In this document: positions 11,657 to 24,719 of the stretch, one piece after another
Numbering within the stretch: the first letter of the stretch is position 1
Layout: each line of letters begins with the position of its first letter
Assembly (NCBI RefSeq): GCF_018977255.1
Contig: NW_024704743.1
Location: 63,490,001 to 63,554,000 of the forward strand
DNA length: 64,000 nt
Source: Callorhinchus milii
Lineage: Eukaryota
Direction: 5' to 3'
The notes under the pieces: model-generated
Told to the model about the DNA's origin: nothing
Database searches by the model: none
The model's input: only the letters and a program-made list of their open reading frames with translations
Translations under genes and position numbers: made by a program

Positions 11657-12594
11657 CTGTAAAATATAAAAACTCTATATTGTAAGTATTTCTATGCAGC
11701 AACAAACAACTTCAAACAATCTTAATGTGCATTAATTTCAGTTTCCTTCGACCCCGAGAAAACATCAAACACCATCAGAAATTCACACCCTGTATCGTAA
11801 ATTCATTTGAATGTATAGAAACGTCCTTCAACACTCCATCATTGTCAGCTGAGTAGACTATGGGAACCACAGGGGTATTAGAACAAGGAAGAATATTGGG
11901 TTAATAGCACATGGAATGCTGCATTGGAGTGTCCGCCAAGACGATAAGCGTTCTAAGACCCAACATGGGGCTTGAACCCATAACCTTCTCATTCAGAGAT
12001 GAGAGTGCTGAACCAGGCTGAAACACAGTAAGATAGCATGTTGATAGAAGGCATTCTAAGGTATTCATATCCCCAAACGCATAATTGTTAAACTGTGTTT
12101 ATTAAATGCAAATATCAAATACAGAGGAACGCCATTAAAACATGGGTTCACTAACAGCACAATTGGGGTACAGACTCAACATTTATTTGTCCCCAAAATG
12201 CAAAATATGCACCTGGCATCCATCGATGCTTTAAAATTCCAGTGGGGGCGCAGAACACCAACATGCTGCCATGAATTCTCTCCTACCTGGTGCAATGCAG
12301 ATGAAACGATGTCAGCAGCAACCTGGAGTCAGTCACTTTGGCTTCCTATGGGCCAGCCAGTGTTTTGAAGCGCTGATGGAGTTGGCCATCTTCTTGCACG
12401 GATGCACAGTGAATATGGAATCGCTGACCAGCGATTGTGCCCCATTATAGTGCTGGGTGTGATTTTATGCATACTAACCCCTGCCTTATAATGATACTAC
12501 ATTGTACGTATGATACACTTATCTACTATTACTGGTTTTGCAGGAAAGTTATTGTTGAAAATAAAAACTTTCGTGAAATAAGGTCTCACTGTAC

Positions 12595-12718
12595 CTTGCA
12601 GTAGATTGGAGCGTGCAACTGAGGAATTTCAAAAGATGGTGGTTTACTGGCAGGAGGTGGGCTGCTTCGAGTCGCGGCAGCCAAAGCAGGTGGCAGGTCA
12701 TCCTCATCACTGTGATTA
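12595..12718 (-). CDS. Internal coding exon (NHSDEDDLPPALAAATRSSPPPASKPPSFEIPQLHAPIYCK)
   Basis: Acceptor ctttattctctgtgacag, donor AAG|gtacag; 124 nt, phase 2 to 0, GC-richer than flanks. Confidence 0.85.
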
Positions 12719-12997
12719 CTGTCACAGAGAATAAAGACATTGTTATAAACAAACTCCATCTACCACCAGGCAGAACTTCCAAGCCATATAATCAACTAAA
12801 AATAAACCCACAGGCATGATGAGATTCTGCTTTTTGCACAAGCTTCCTGATGTTCCCTGCAGGCAGACACCACAACAAAAGGAAAACCTTTATATGAGAC
12901 CAATTCACCAATTCACACAGGGACAGTTGCTTTGCTTTGTGTCTGGAATAACTGCTGCAAGAGAACAGCAAGGTGAGCACCGATCATTTCACTCTGA

Positions 12998-13110
12998 TTT
13001 CTGATGTAGCGTCACTCCGAAGGTTAACCAGTTGCTCTCTTTCAGGTGATGACTGACCTGATGAGCATTTCCAGGCTTTATTTCAGAATTCCAGCATTTT
13101 CCAGCATTCC
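12998..13110 (+). mobile_element. Degraded half-copy of the Penelope-like element at 39239
   Basis: ctgatg..gtc..ccgaa.gttaac...tgacctgatgagcatttccagg..atttcagaattccagcat. Confidence 0.55.
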
Positions 13111-13669
13111 CATGCGATTTTTTTCTTGAAAAATGATAAAACAGTGTAATAAAACACTTGTGGAATTCTCTTTGGTTTGGGTCTGTACGTTAGTATAGTA
13201 CAGCACTATCTGCTCTGTATATTAGTACAGTATTGTGTACAGTCTCTGGAACACCATCCCAGAGTTCCACTTGCTCTCTCCCACTCTCACCTCGTTCAAG
13301 GTCCGCCTCGAGACCTACCACTTTGACTAGACTTTCGGTCATCTTTCCACTCCCTCCCCCACTCAGTTCCCACCCCCAGCATGGGTGCCACGCCAGTATA
13401 ATACTGCACTGTACTAATGCACATATCGTTTTCACATAGCCAATGTGTTTCATTACACTATTTTGTCATTCTTCTGTATATAGTTTGGGACACGACGTGT
13501 TAAGCGACTGCCAGGATGGTGGAAGGAGAACTAGATGGACCTTGGTCTTCTTTCGCCTAACAAATTCTTATGTTCTTAACAACCTGGAAATGCACAGTAG
13601 GTCAGTTAACTTCCTTGGGATGTCCTCTTGAAGTGAAAAGCACGATATAAAAGTAAATCTGTAAGCCTA

Positions 13670-13990
13670 TAGAATAGGTACAGATGAGATTTACTAGGAT
13701 GATACCAAGGATGAGTGCCTTTACTTATGAGGAGAGTCTGAATGAACTGGAGCTTTTATCTTAGAACACAAAGTTGAGAGGAGTCATGATAAAACTGAAG
13801 AGCTTTGATAAAGTAATCATGTTGAAATTCACTGGTTGGTAAATCGGTATTTACAAGGGATAGAATAAAGATATCTACCAAAAGGAGGAATGGGAGCTGT
13901 TAGGAGTTTTTCTGTCTTATAATGGCATCAGGAATGAAAGCTGGCTTTTGGGAAGCGACATTGAGAGCAATTTTCNAAAAAAGCTCAGTG
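13670..13990 (+). mobile_element. Degraded CR1 LINE 3' fragment
   Basis: gtacagatgagatttactaggatgataccaaggatgag...ttatgaggagag matches the VQRRFTRMIPGM..YEER region of ORF 48041..48775. Confidence 0.7.
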
Positions 13991-16409
13991 GAAAGGTAGA
14001 TAACGCCTTTCAATAAACAGGCTGGCAACTGGATTTAAAAATTTCAACTGAAAACATTCTGGAAGGTTATTAATAAGAAGATATTTTAGAAACCAAGGAT
14101 CAGAAAAAAATATCCCAGAGAGAGAACAGTCAAGGATAATCAAGCTTTAACCCTGGAGGCTGAATATAATATAAATGAATGTTATCCATATTCCATGCCA
14201 ATAATAAGCTCACTTCTAATTCTGAAGTGCACTACTGGATAGTTATAACAGTCCTCTTCTCTATTACTGCTCTTTATTACAAGTACAATGCTAAACCTCC
14301 AGGATGCAGTTTCTGCTGCAATGCTCTTATCAGCGGTGAACAAACGTCCTCCACTTCAGATCCGTACACTGCACAGCCTCTTTTATCCACACACATTTGA
14401 GTGAGACTGTGCAGTGTGAGCTGAGCTGCCTGACACACACGGAAAAACATCACTGTACTCTTAAGAAAGATTGAAGCAGGGGATTTTGAGGTGCAGAGTA
14501 GTAGCTCATCCTCCTAAAGTGAGATCTTGCATTGTTGGCTTGATACTTTAATTCCTGGTTTTACTCAAATTGGAGATGTTTTGGGTGGTGAGTAATTCAG
14601 CAAAAAAGTTACGTGATAAGAATGACCATCGTTGTCAGGAACCACTGCAGTTAGACCATTTATAGCTATTTTCCATTTGTAGCTATCTCTTCCTATTTTC
14701 AGGTCCCTGCTGAAGATCTTTCTCTTTGACCGCACCTTTGGTCACCTTCTTCCCCATCCCCCTGGCTTGGCCCCAGGATCCATTACTGTAAAGCACTCTG
14801 AGACCGTCCGGTGTGGAGGGCGCTATATAAATCCAAGTTGTTGTTGTTGTTGTAGCTACTCTGCACATGGAACCAAAGTACAACTTCCTTATACATGTGT
14901 GGTGAAGAATACATCTTCCACATGTACATCTTCTCTGGTTCCTTGCACCAGATTTGGTGTTAATATAGAATGCATGTTAATATAAGATCCTGTTCATCTT
15001 GCCATCACAATGGACATAATAATTGGGCAGGAAGATTATAGCAGTGCTCTCGTATTTCACGCTGAGCTGTGTTACCCACTAGGAAGCTCACAGGGAGGTC
15101 TTTGTACCTGTCAGCCACCTAGTGAGGGATCAAAACCTCGATTGTCGCCAGAGACTATCCTCCTTGAAAGGGAGGATGGCCTCCATGGAGTTGAGCTGGC
15201 TCCAAGGTGACATGTTTGGCAGGAAATGTCAGGATTAAGCCAACCCACTGTTGGTAATCCAGTTCCTGAGACAGGAGGATCTGGATTATTCCAGGGTACG
15301 GCTGATAACAGCCCAGCCAGCCTGGCTCATTGGCAGATTTTGGAAGCCAGACCAGTCACTGGGGGCAGGGATTCTTCCAACTCAATTCCTGTTAACTCTA
15401 TGAAACAACACACTATCATGTAGGGTGGTCCTAGCTGGACAAGCAGCAGGAAAGCTTACCAGACAGCAATATCAATGGCAAGCTATGTGGTTTTAGCTGG
15501 TTGGTCTCTAGCAGTACCCCAAAAACATATTCTGCAGTCCTCAAGCTTTGGCTCTTGCCAACCTGTGCCTAATAATCTTCGTAATCAAGTAAGCGTGATG
15601 TGTCCCTCAAGGGAGAGAGTGCACATTCCATTGAAATAAGTACCTTGGAAATTTCTATGGGGTGCATGGAATTGTCAGTTTGGTTCAAATACTCTAAAGC
15701 ATGGTGATAGGTTTCCACATGTGTTGACCAATTTAAAAGCAACAACTTGCACTTATATAGCGCCCTCCACGCAGGATAGCGTCTCAGAGAACTTAACAAT
15801 GGCGGAGCCTGACTCCGAAGAGGGGGTGGGGGGAGGTGGCCGTCAGCACGGTCGAAGAGGAAAAAATCTACAGATGCATCAGGTCATTAGATGGAAGGAT
15901 AATCACAATTATGTTTAAGCCTGAGGACGAGAGTGACATAGACAAGCCAGCTACTGATGACTGAATAAATAATACACTATCACCAATTTCAACCTTGGAC
16001 GTTTTAACTGAAACCATCCGAACACTGATAAAACTTGTATCTGGCCACAAACAAGGATGATAATGCCTGAAATCAAAAAGGTTTAAACGCAGCAAAGAGA
16101 TTAATGAAAAGGATGATTTTCAAATAAACAGATGCAACTGTAACACAGACAAGATGGGCTGAATAGTATCCTTCTGTGATGAAAATTTCAGTTTCTATGA
16201 TGCGTGGGAAGATGACAGGACACAGATGCGAACTCTGCAAGTGGCATGAATCCAACCAAAAACAACAACCCTATAGATCCTCTGTACTGTGTCCAGGTTA
16301 TTTGCCTGGGTTACTCTGATTTGTGACTGTGGACAGGCAATATAGTGTAATTTATGCAAGTAGAACAGCATTAAAAAATACAGACTGCTTTGAGGCAAAG
16401 AATTTGATA

Positions 16410-16608
16410 ATAAATAATCTTTGCATTTGATATAGCGCTTTTTACGTCTTCTAGACGTCTCAAATCGCTTCACAGAATATACTGTAAAGTGAATTGATTG
16501 TATATTTGTGGGCGAAACCGGGCAGCCAATTGTGCACAGCAGTGTCACACAAACAGTCTTGGATTGAAGTGAACAATTTATTATTTTTTTGAGGGATTAT
16601 TATCAGGC
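16410..16608 (-). mobile_element. tRNA-Deu SINE body (short form, head missing)
   Basis: Deu core and tail on the minus strand, abutting an L2 fragment. Confidence 0.85.
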
Positions 16609-17067
16609 GCCCGACTCCACTGGCTCCCCATCCCTCAGAGGATTGAATTCAAGATCCTTGTCCTCACTTTCAAGACCATCCATGGCCTTGCCCCGTCCTA
16701 CCTCTCTGACTTGCTGACTCCCTACCAACCTGCCCGCTCTCTCCGTTCATCAGGCTCCGGCCTGCGTCATGTCTCCCGCCCTACCATCGGTGGCCGAGCT
16801 TTCAGCCTCTCTGCCCCCACACTTTGGAACTCCATTCCACAGTTCCTTCGCCTCGCTTCCTCCCTTGCCTCCTTCAAGGCCAGTCTCAAGACCCTCCTCT
16901 TTGATTGTGCCTTTGGTTGCCCTCCCACTTCTCTGCCTTCCCTCACCCGTACCGCACCTCTCCCCCATGCTCGGGTCCTGACCCCTGACTGTCCAGCGCC
17001 TTGGGACGTCCTCCCGACGTGAAAGGCGCTTTGTAAATGTCATTTTGTTGTTTTTGCTGTTGTTGTT
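16609..17067 (+). mobile_element. L2 LINE 3' fragment
   Basis: LTPYQPARSLRSSGSG...GGRAFSLSAPTLWNSIP; tail gacgtgaaaggcgct..(ttg)n. Confidence 0.9.
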
Positions 17068-17519
17068 AATGGTGAAAACGAGGATCTTGAACTAAATCTG
17101 CTGAGGGATGGTAAACCAAGAGAGCCAAGTGAGGATGGGAGTGATAGGCTTGTGAAACCCAATGATTCCTGATGGGCGATAGCTACTATAAGAAATGTGA
17201 CTTACAATAGTGTCCCAAGAGTATTGATTTTTGTTTATATAAAATAGATTCATAACATTTACAACAAGAAATGAGGCCATTCAGCCTACTGGGAGCTTTT
17301 CCCAGTGTCCTAGCTAACAATGCTCCACTTACATTAGTCATTAACTTCTTGGCTGTTTGTGGGATATTACGATTCACAAATTGAATGCTGAATGTAGAAA
17401 ATACATTCACTACAATTTATAGTAAATCCTGTGAAACACTTTAAGACATTTCTAGCGCATTGGGACGTACTACCGAAGTGAAAGGAGCTATACAAATGTA
17501 GTTTTTTTATTGGATTCAG

Positions 17520-18560
17520 CCCCCTCCTCATGAACCACTACATGCTCCCCCTTGGTGACATCATCTGCAGACATGGGGTCAACTTCCACATGTACACAGA
17601 TGACACCCAACTCTATCTCTCTGCCTCCACCCGCGATTCCAGGACAACTGACGTCCTGACAGATTGTCTGACATCAAGTCCTGGATGAGAGCCAACTTTC
17701 TACAGCTGAATGTCAGCAAGACCAAGGCCCTCCTGATTGGCTTGTGCCAGCGCCTCAGCACCTCAGGCATTAACAGCATCAGCATCCAGGATTGCACACT
17801 CCGCCACACCGAGCCAGTCAGGAACCTGGGCGTCTGTTCAACCCGCAACTGTCCTTTCTCCCCCAAATCCATGCCATGACCTGCTCTGCCTTCCCCCACT
17901 CCCCCACCTCCACAACATTGCCCAACTCTGCCACTGCCTCACTCCTCAGGCCGCCAAACCCCTCATACATGCATTCGTCACCTCAAGGCTCAACTACAGA
18001 AACTCCCTCCTTTCGGGCTCCCCAAGTTTTCCTTCCACAAGCTGCAGATCATCCAGAACTCTTGTCCTCTCCCGCACCAGGCTCTGTGACCCCATCACCC
18101 CCACCCTTGCCCCGCTCCGCTGTCTCCCCATCTCTCAGAGGATAGAATTCAAAATCTCGTCCTCACTTTCAAGGCCCTCCATGGCCTTACCCCCTCCTAC
18201 CTCTCTCCTACATCTCTGACCTGCTGATCCCCTATCAACCTGTCCACTCCCTCTGCTCAGCAGGCTCCGGCCTGCCCCATGTCTCCCCCCCCGACCCGCC
18301 CTACCATCGGCGGCCGGGCTTTCAGCCTCTCTACCCTCACTCTTGGGAGCTCCATCCCACAATCCCTTCACCTTGCCTCCTCCCTTGCCTCCTTCAAGGC
18401 CCGACTCAAGACCCTCCTTTTTGACCGTGCCTTCAGTTGCCCTCCTACCTCTCTGTCCTCCCTCATCCCAACCCTGCCCTCTCATGCTCAGGTCCTGATC
18501 CCCGCCTTGGGATGTTCTCCCGATGTGAAAGGCACTTTACAAATGTAATTTTGTTGATGT
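17520..18560 (+). mobile_element. L2 LINE 3' fragment, about 1 kb
   Basis: [14 protein letters not shown] RT motif, [20 protein letters not shown]2 tail. Confidence 0.9.
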
Positions 18561-18769
18561 ATTGTGTTTTGATGATGTAATAAGGAGCTATATAAAATGC
18601 AAGTATTATTATTAGTATAATAATATTGTGTCTGCACCATCTCTCAAAAAGAGCAACCCATTCAGACTCACTTCTCTGCTCTTTCCCTAAACCCTATTTT
18701 TTCTATTTAAAAATATGAATATGAATAAAAAGGTATTTAAAAAATTTCCAGTGTGTAACATTAAGCTAT

Positions 18770-19040
18770 AAAGACTAGAAGATTTGATTCCTGATCTGAA
18801 CAGTTGGATAACTATAATGATTCTGTACACTCTGGGCTGGGGAATGGAACAAAATCAGTCTGGGTCATGTTTCTAGCCACTATCCAGTGACCCCTGCTGG
18901 AGCAGGTGTACATGTGGACTTCAGTGAGGACATGATCGGACTTGGCGGTTATATCACCAGGACTCACTTATTAAGAATATTAAGGGTTGCTGTTAATTGT
19001 TGAACAGTATCCCAGTGTCTGTGTCTTTAGGAGAGGTAAG
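18770..19040 (+). mobile_element. Ancient SINE, AmnSINE2-like; related copies near 1930-2120(+), 10715-10995(-), 27770-28050(-), 33000-33160(-), 42000-42260(+), 59680-59860(-)
   Basis: Shared motifs ctatccagtgacccctgctgg, gtggac..gtgaggaca.gatc and (reverse) gatcagctaac..gcacagac; family name is from recall. Confidence 0.55.
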
Positions 19041-19619
19041 TTGAAGGAATTATTTAAAACCATGCTTAGTTTCTCAACAAGAATAAAGTTTCAAGAAAAA
19101 AAGAGAGACGTGTGATTAAGACAGAAGCATTGGAAAAAAGCACAACTGAGACAAAGTGTCGTTCATCAACTCTCCAAATTGTCTACGATGATTTAGCTAC
19201 TGTTTGTCTTTCAAGTGGGGGTAAAACAATCCTTAGAGTAATTAGTAAAGATAATTTGTTAATATTCACATTTTGGGCCAGCAAATTTCCTGCAGGATCC
19301 ATGATGTAGTCATGCATTTGAGCAGTTCATCATTTACACCACTAGAGGTCAGAAGGCAAAACACTGTTAAAAGCAGAAAAATTGGCAAAGTCTTGAGATT
19401 TACTCTGTGCTGGGCAGACAGAGTCGTTCCAATATCTAGCATGAAATTGAGAATTTGCTCTGAAGCTAAATTGACTGGCAGATTGTTGAGATTGAAATAT
19501 TAGGATCAGGCTCTTATACTGTTCAATTGCCTTTCTTTTTATTTTGATTGGAAGCATGATATTGCTGTGCAGTTACAAGATGCAATGTTTTATATATTAT
19601 GTATAATTTTATAATATAT

Positions 19620-19982
19620 GATAATAATCCTTGCATTTAAAAGTGTTTTATCATGTCTACGAGACATCTCAAAGTGCTTCACAGAATATACTGTAAAGTG
19701 AATTGACTTCATATTTTGTGGGTGAAACATTGCAGCCAATTGCGCACAGCAGTGTCCCACAAACAGTCATGGATTAAGTGACCAATTTTTTTTAAAGAGA
19801 TTATTACCCCTGGAAAAGCGATCCGCCAATCGACTAACAACATGGTTCTTACTTACTACTAGCTAAACAGAGGCGTGTGGAGTAAGGAAACTTGCCTAAT
19901 GTTTCACCCTGCCTAGGAATCGAACCCAGGTCCTCTCACTTGCGAGGCAAGTGCTCTAACCAATACGCTATAGGACTCCACC
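19620..19982 (-). mobile_element. Full-length tRNA-Deu SINE, long form
   Basis: Head ggagtcctatagcg..ggttagagcac, B box, Deu core and tail. Confidence 0.9.
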
Positions 19983-20366
19983 ATTTTTCCTTCATAGAAA
20001 TAGGATATTTCCTATTTTCCACTCAGGTAGGACAGCGTCTGTTGGTAAGAGGAAGTTTAAATAGCGAGTCAGGGAGCGGAAAGTTCTAACAAATCTTTGA
20101 GAACCAAGCCAACTATCCCATTGACTTTTTCAGGATCAGATTTTTGAAAGAAGTTTAAGTTCCTTGTGGCTCACCTTGATTCAGCTGGTTGGGTTGCTAC
20201 ACTTCAAGGGAGCTTTTGGAGCTGACCTTGGACTTCAGAAGAATTTTCAGCAAATAAGGTGTCAACAACTTCTCCTTATCCAAAGTAGTGCAATCAACGA
20301 CTCCAATCTTCTCATGAATTAGGACAGTGGGACAGTATCTAATGCTAGAAACATATTTGATATGTA

Positions 20367-20810
20367 CGGTGCAGCCCAATTATAACACGCTTCTTTAGAG
20401 TGCAAATTCAGTTACAATGTGGCTGCAGTGTAGGCCCCATTCACTATGCGTGCGTGCAGCCAGCCTGATCCACTTCCTGAGTGCCAGCAAACTTTCATGC
20501 GAAAGTTGCAAACTTCTGGAATATCAAGTCACCACTTCCTATTTGCTGTATATATGCAAAGCAAGATGTGATGTCAACAGCACTGTTGATTTGCTGTGCT
20601 TAAAAAGCAGGTGATTTCTGTGTTATTAAGCTACCATTTTGCACGTGCATAGCAAACAAGAAGTGTTGTCTATGGTGACCTGATGACCCAGAAATCATCC
20701 ATTTTCTTTTACCGCGGGAAGCGGCTGGTGTGCACCTGGCTATTGTGCCTCGGTTTTATCTAGGCTGATTTTATAGATCCCAACCGCTGTGTTATAACAA
20801 TGCTTCACTG
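20367..20810. mobile_element. Non-autonomous Tc1/mariner (Tigger/pogo-like) MITE
   Basis: Imperfect TIRs CGGTGCAGCCCAATTATAACAC and CAGTGAAGCATTGTTATAACAC (reverse complement), each flanked by TA (20365-20366, 20811-20812). Confidence 0.6.
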
Positions 20811-21119
20811 TATTGAGTTGCTTGGACAGCAAGTGGAGATCTGCAGCTCTATGTATCATCTGCTTGACCCGAGCCCAAATGAAACCTGGATCTTTTGAAT
20901 GGCAGATGGAGATAGCAACTTTCAGATTAAGATTATTCAAATTAGTCCGGTCAGAGAACTAGTTCTTGTGTTTGGCATTCCTTTTAACTTGCTAACAAAT
21001 TGCTGTTTTGGTACAGAAAAATAGCACGCAGACATGCCAACTGGTGTCTTACTGAATGCTTTCAAGTGATATTGGGTATCAGCCAAAACTAGATTGAGGT
21101 GTAAAATGAACAAGCTGGG

Positions 21120-22560
21120 TTAGGTCCTGCATGAGATCTTATATAAATGATCTGGATTCACAGACTTCGTGCAGGGCATTACATGTGCAGATGACACTGA
21201 ACCGGGAGTGGGCAAATGGGACAATGAGAGGAGACAGCCAAGATCTTAAAAGAGAGCTGGACAGGGAATGTAACTGGGCTGATCATTGGCAAATGAAGTT
21301 TAATATAGAAGCATACAACAACAACTTGCATTTATATAGCACTCTCCACACTAGGTGGCGTCCCACCGCGCTTAACAATGGCGGAGCCCGATGCCGAGCC
21401 AGGGAAGGGGGAAGGTGACCATAGCCACAGTCGAAGAGGAAGGTCTTCAGGTGCAATCTGTAAATGGAGAAAGAGGGGGCAAGGTGAAGGGATTGATGGA
21501 GGTAGTTCCATAGTTTCGGGGCGTAGTGGCTGAAGGCACGGCCACTGATGGTGGAGCAGAGGATTTGAGGGACAAGGAGGAGGCCGGAGCCAGTAGAGCG
21601 GAGGCAGTGTGTAATTCTGTGAGGAGAGGAGAGGTTAGAGAGATAGGGGGCTGCCAAGGTGTGGAGAGATTTAAACACTAAAGTGAGGATCTTGAAGTCG
21701 ATCCGCTTTGTGACAGTGAGCCAGTGGAGTTTGGCAAAGACTGGGGTAATCGGGGTACGGAGTTTAGTGTGGGTGAGAATGTGGGCAGCAGAGTTTTGGA
21801 TGAGTTGAATTTTGTGAATAGTGGAGAATGGGAGACCGGTGAGGAGGACGTTTGAGTGGTACAGCTGATAGGTGACAAAAATGTGGACAAGTGTTTTGGC
21901 AGTTTATGAAGTGAGGTATTGTCGTAGAAAGTACAAGGTCTTCTTACTGGAGGTAAAAACGGCTCATGTACTCCTGGGATGGTTCAGAACTTCCCAAGAG
22001 GAAGACAACTTGGGGTGTTAGCATATCCTAACTCATTATATCCTAACAGTTTGAGGTAGCAAAAAAAGAACAAAGAAAACACGATCCTCGACTACATTTC
22101 TAAATCATTTTAGTTCCGATCATGTTTATGTGTACAGTGCTTTGATCAGTCTGCATGTTGAGTACTACATAAAGTCTTGCACAGAGACCCAATTCCTAAA
22201 GGAGCTCTTCATCCTAACCAAAAAGACTTTTCAGAGGAGATCTTGCAGATAAATTCATTGGAGCAGATAGAATAAATAAAGAGTAATATTTTCAGCTCAG
22301 TCAAAAGAGCGGGACAAGAAAACACAGCTTTAAGGCTGTGAAGGAGAAGTTTAGAACAGACACTAGAAAGAATTTTGTCATACAGAAGGTGATTAACAAC
22401 GGAAACTATTAATTGGGAAGGAGAGTAATTCCCATGGCAATGGACTCATTTAAGAAGCAGGTTCAAATTGCAGTGAAAAGATGCAAGGGTTGGCATTGTG
22501 GAAGGATGATATCAAGTAGATCAAAGCACTCTTGTGGGGTGTTTAACCTAGTAGTGTTTC
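21120..22560 (+). mobile_element. Degraded CR1 LINE split by a minus-strand L2 insertion
   Basis: YINDLD...WADHWQMKFNIE up to about 21310; CR1-like sequence resumes at about 21926. Confidence 0.7.
21316..21925 (-). mobile_element. L2 LINE 3' fragment nested in CR1
   Basis: ORF 21283..21678 FKSLHTLAAPYLS..GRAFSHYAPKLWN; (caa)n tail. Confidence 0.85.
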
Positions 22561-22704
22561 TCCTTTCCTGGCCAATACTCATTGTAACAATTTAGATTGG
22601 ATGGCAAACTAGAGCTGAAAGAATATTCCTCTTGAAGAGTACATGTGCCCAAAAGGACTTCAAAATGTACTCAATACTAAATTTTACTTGCAGGATGTTC
22701 CAAC

Positions 22705-22749
22705 CTAGGTTTGTGACACATGGTGAATGATACCATCTGTGTCAAAATC
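22705..22749 (-). CDS. Candidate 45-nt cassette exon (ILTQMVSFTMCHKP)
   Basis: Acceptor tctcttttggcag, weak donor AG|gttgga; the only open frame is phase 2-2, which fits the chain. Confidence 0.3.
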   Translation of the reverse strand, partial: DFDTDGIIHHVSQT

Positions 22750-23519
22750 CTGCCAAAAGAGATCACAGCCAGGGACGGATACAGATTGCGCACAGTATCT
22801 CGTCCATTAAGATTGATTCACTGCAATTTCTAGTTGGTCAAAAGAGATGCCACCAGAGAGGACAGGCTGATGCAATTGTGAAATACTGTATTGTAGGAAA
22901 TGCTTGTTTGATGTAACTTTATAATTAATTTACCAAAAACTGTTGACCATTGTGTAAAATAAAAGCCATCTTTGGCTTATGCTAGTTCATAGATTCAATA
23001 GCACAGAAGGTTTGGATTATGCCTTTCATTATATTTTGTGCTATTTGAGAGTAAAATGAGAAATCTGAAACCCTTGTAATTCTTAGTCTTGAAACTTATT
23101 ATGTTAAAATTTAAAATTGTATTGAGTTTTTGGAAAACAGCCTTAAACTTAGTCTTAATTTACAGCGCCTTGGGATATCCTCCCGACGTGAAAGGCGCTC
23201 AATAAATGGAATCTTGTTGTTGTTGTTAATTTGGAAGCTGTTTTTCTGCAATTTTTCAACAATTATTTTTTCAACCCTATTGTCACTCTTTGACCTATGA
23301 GGAATTTTTCACTCCAGGTTTCCTTTTTTTGCTGCACAGAATTTTGTTGCAAACTGTTCATCAGAAAGGAGAGTATGGCCTATGGTGCTGGACTCATCTT
23401 GCATCAAACTGTAATGAAAATATGCTATAGTTGATATTATAGAAGGATATCAAGTGCACCAACTTTCTCAAATGGGACATTCAACCTATTAGTGCTTCTC
23501 TGTTCCTGGCAAAAATACC

Positions 23520-24146
23520 TTGGGGTCTTGTTTGACCCTCAACTATCCTTTCTACCCCGCATCCATGCCATGACCTGCTCTGCCTTCCCCCACCTCCAAA
23601 ACATCACCCGGCTCTGACACTGTCTCACACTGCAGGCCACCGAAACTTTCATACACGCATTCATAACATCCAGGCTTGACAATGCAAAACCTCGCTTGTC
23701 GGCCTCCCCAACTCCTCCCTCCATAGGCTGCAGATTATCCAGAACTCTGCAGCCCGTGTCCTCTCCCGTACTAGGCTCCATGACCCTATCACCCCCATCC
23801 TCGCCCGACTCCACTGGCTTCCCATCACTCAGAGAATACAGTTCAAGATCCTGGTCCTCACTTTCAACCCCCTCTATGGTCTTGGTCCCCCCCTACCTCT
23901 GCGACCTCCTAACTCCCCACCATCCTGCCCGCTACTTCCGGTCAGCGGGTTCCAGCCTGCTTCACGTCCCCTGCTTCGCCTACCCCACCATTGGCAGGCG
24001 AGCTTTCTGCCACTCTGCCCCCACCCTCTGGAACTCCATCCCGCAGTCCCTCTGCCTCGCCCCCTCCCTTGCCTCCTTCAAGACCCATCTCAAGACCCTC
24101 CTCTTCGACTGAAAGGCGCTAATCAAATGAAATTTTGTTGTTGTTG
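23520..24146 (+). mobile_element. L2 LINE 3' fragment
   Basis: PPYLCDLLTP...RRAFCHSAPTLWNSIPQSL; (ttg)n tail. Confidence 0.9.
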
Positions 24147-24719
24147 TAAAGGACTTCAAAATGTACTAAATACAAATATGTTCAACCCTAAGCTTGTGAC
24201 ACGTGGTGAATTAAACCATCTGTGTCATAACTTCACCAGTTAGAGGATTCTCAAACTGACTTTAAGAAAGTACGAAGTAGTTTTCACTGTTCACATGGTT
24301 CAGGTTATCCAGGAAACTTATCGGAGATTGTTTAGTAAATATTCTGATTAAGATCTCTGTGAACGATACCATTGTTTGGCACAGAGGATGAGGGTCTTAG
24401 CAGAAGGAGTAATAAAGGTAACTTCTGACCTTGAGCACTCAACTGTCCAATCCATAAAAAATCAAATACTATGTTTTATAAATGTAAGTTACAAAGTAAA
24501 CTTACAAAGAATAGATCAAGATGAATGTTGTTTCTAGCCTTGTTTACAACTAGTTCAGCCTCATAGAAATCATAATCAGCGTTAGTCCAGATGACCCAAA
24601 TTGGTTGGGCAGGCTCCTTTATTCAAGGACTATCTGAGTCTGTTCAGACTGCTGGAGTGTTTCTCACAGCATACTGGGCATTTCACTATCTCGTTGTGCT
24701 GGCAGTGCAGTTGCTTAAG

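Noticed and set aside
20228..20338. Exon-like YCPTVLIHEK...LLKSK, plus similar pieces near 19400-19470 and 16000-16066
   Set aside because: Splice sites are plausible, but I could not fit the phases into the chain without stops
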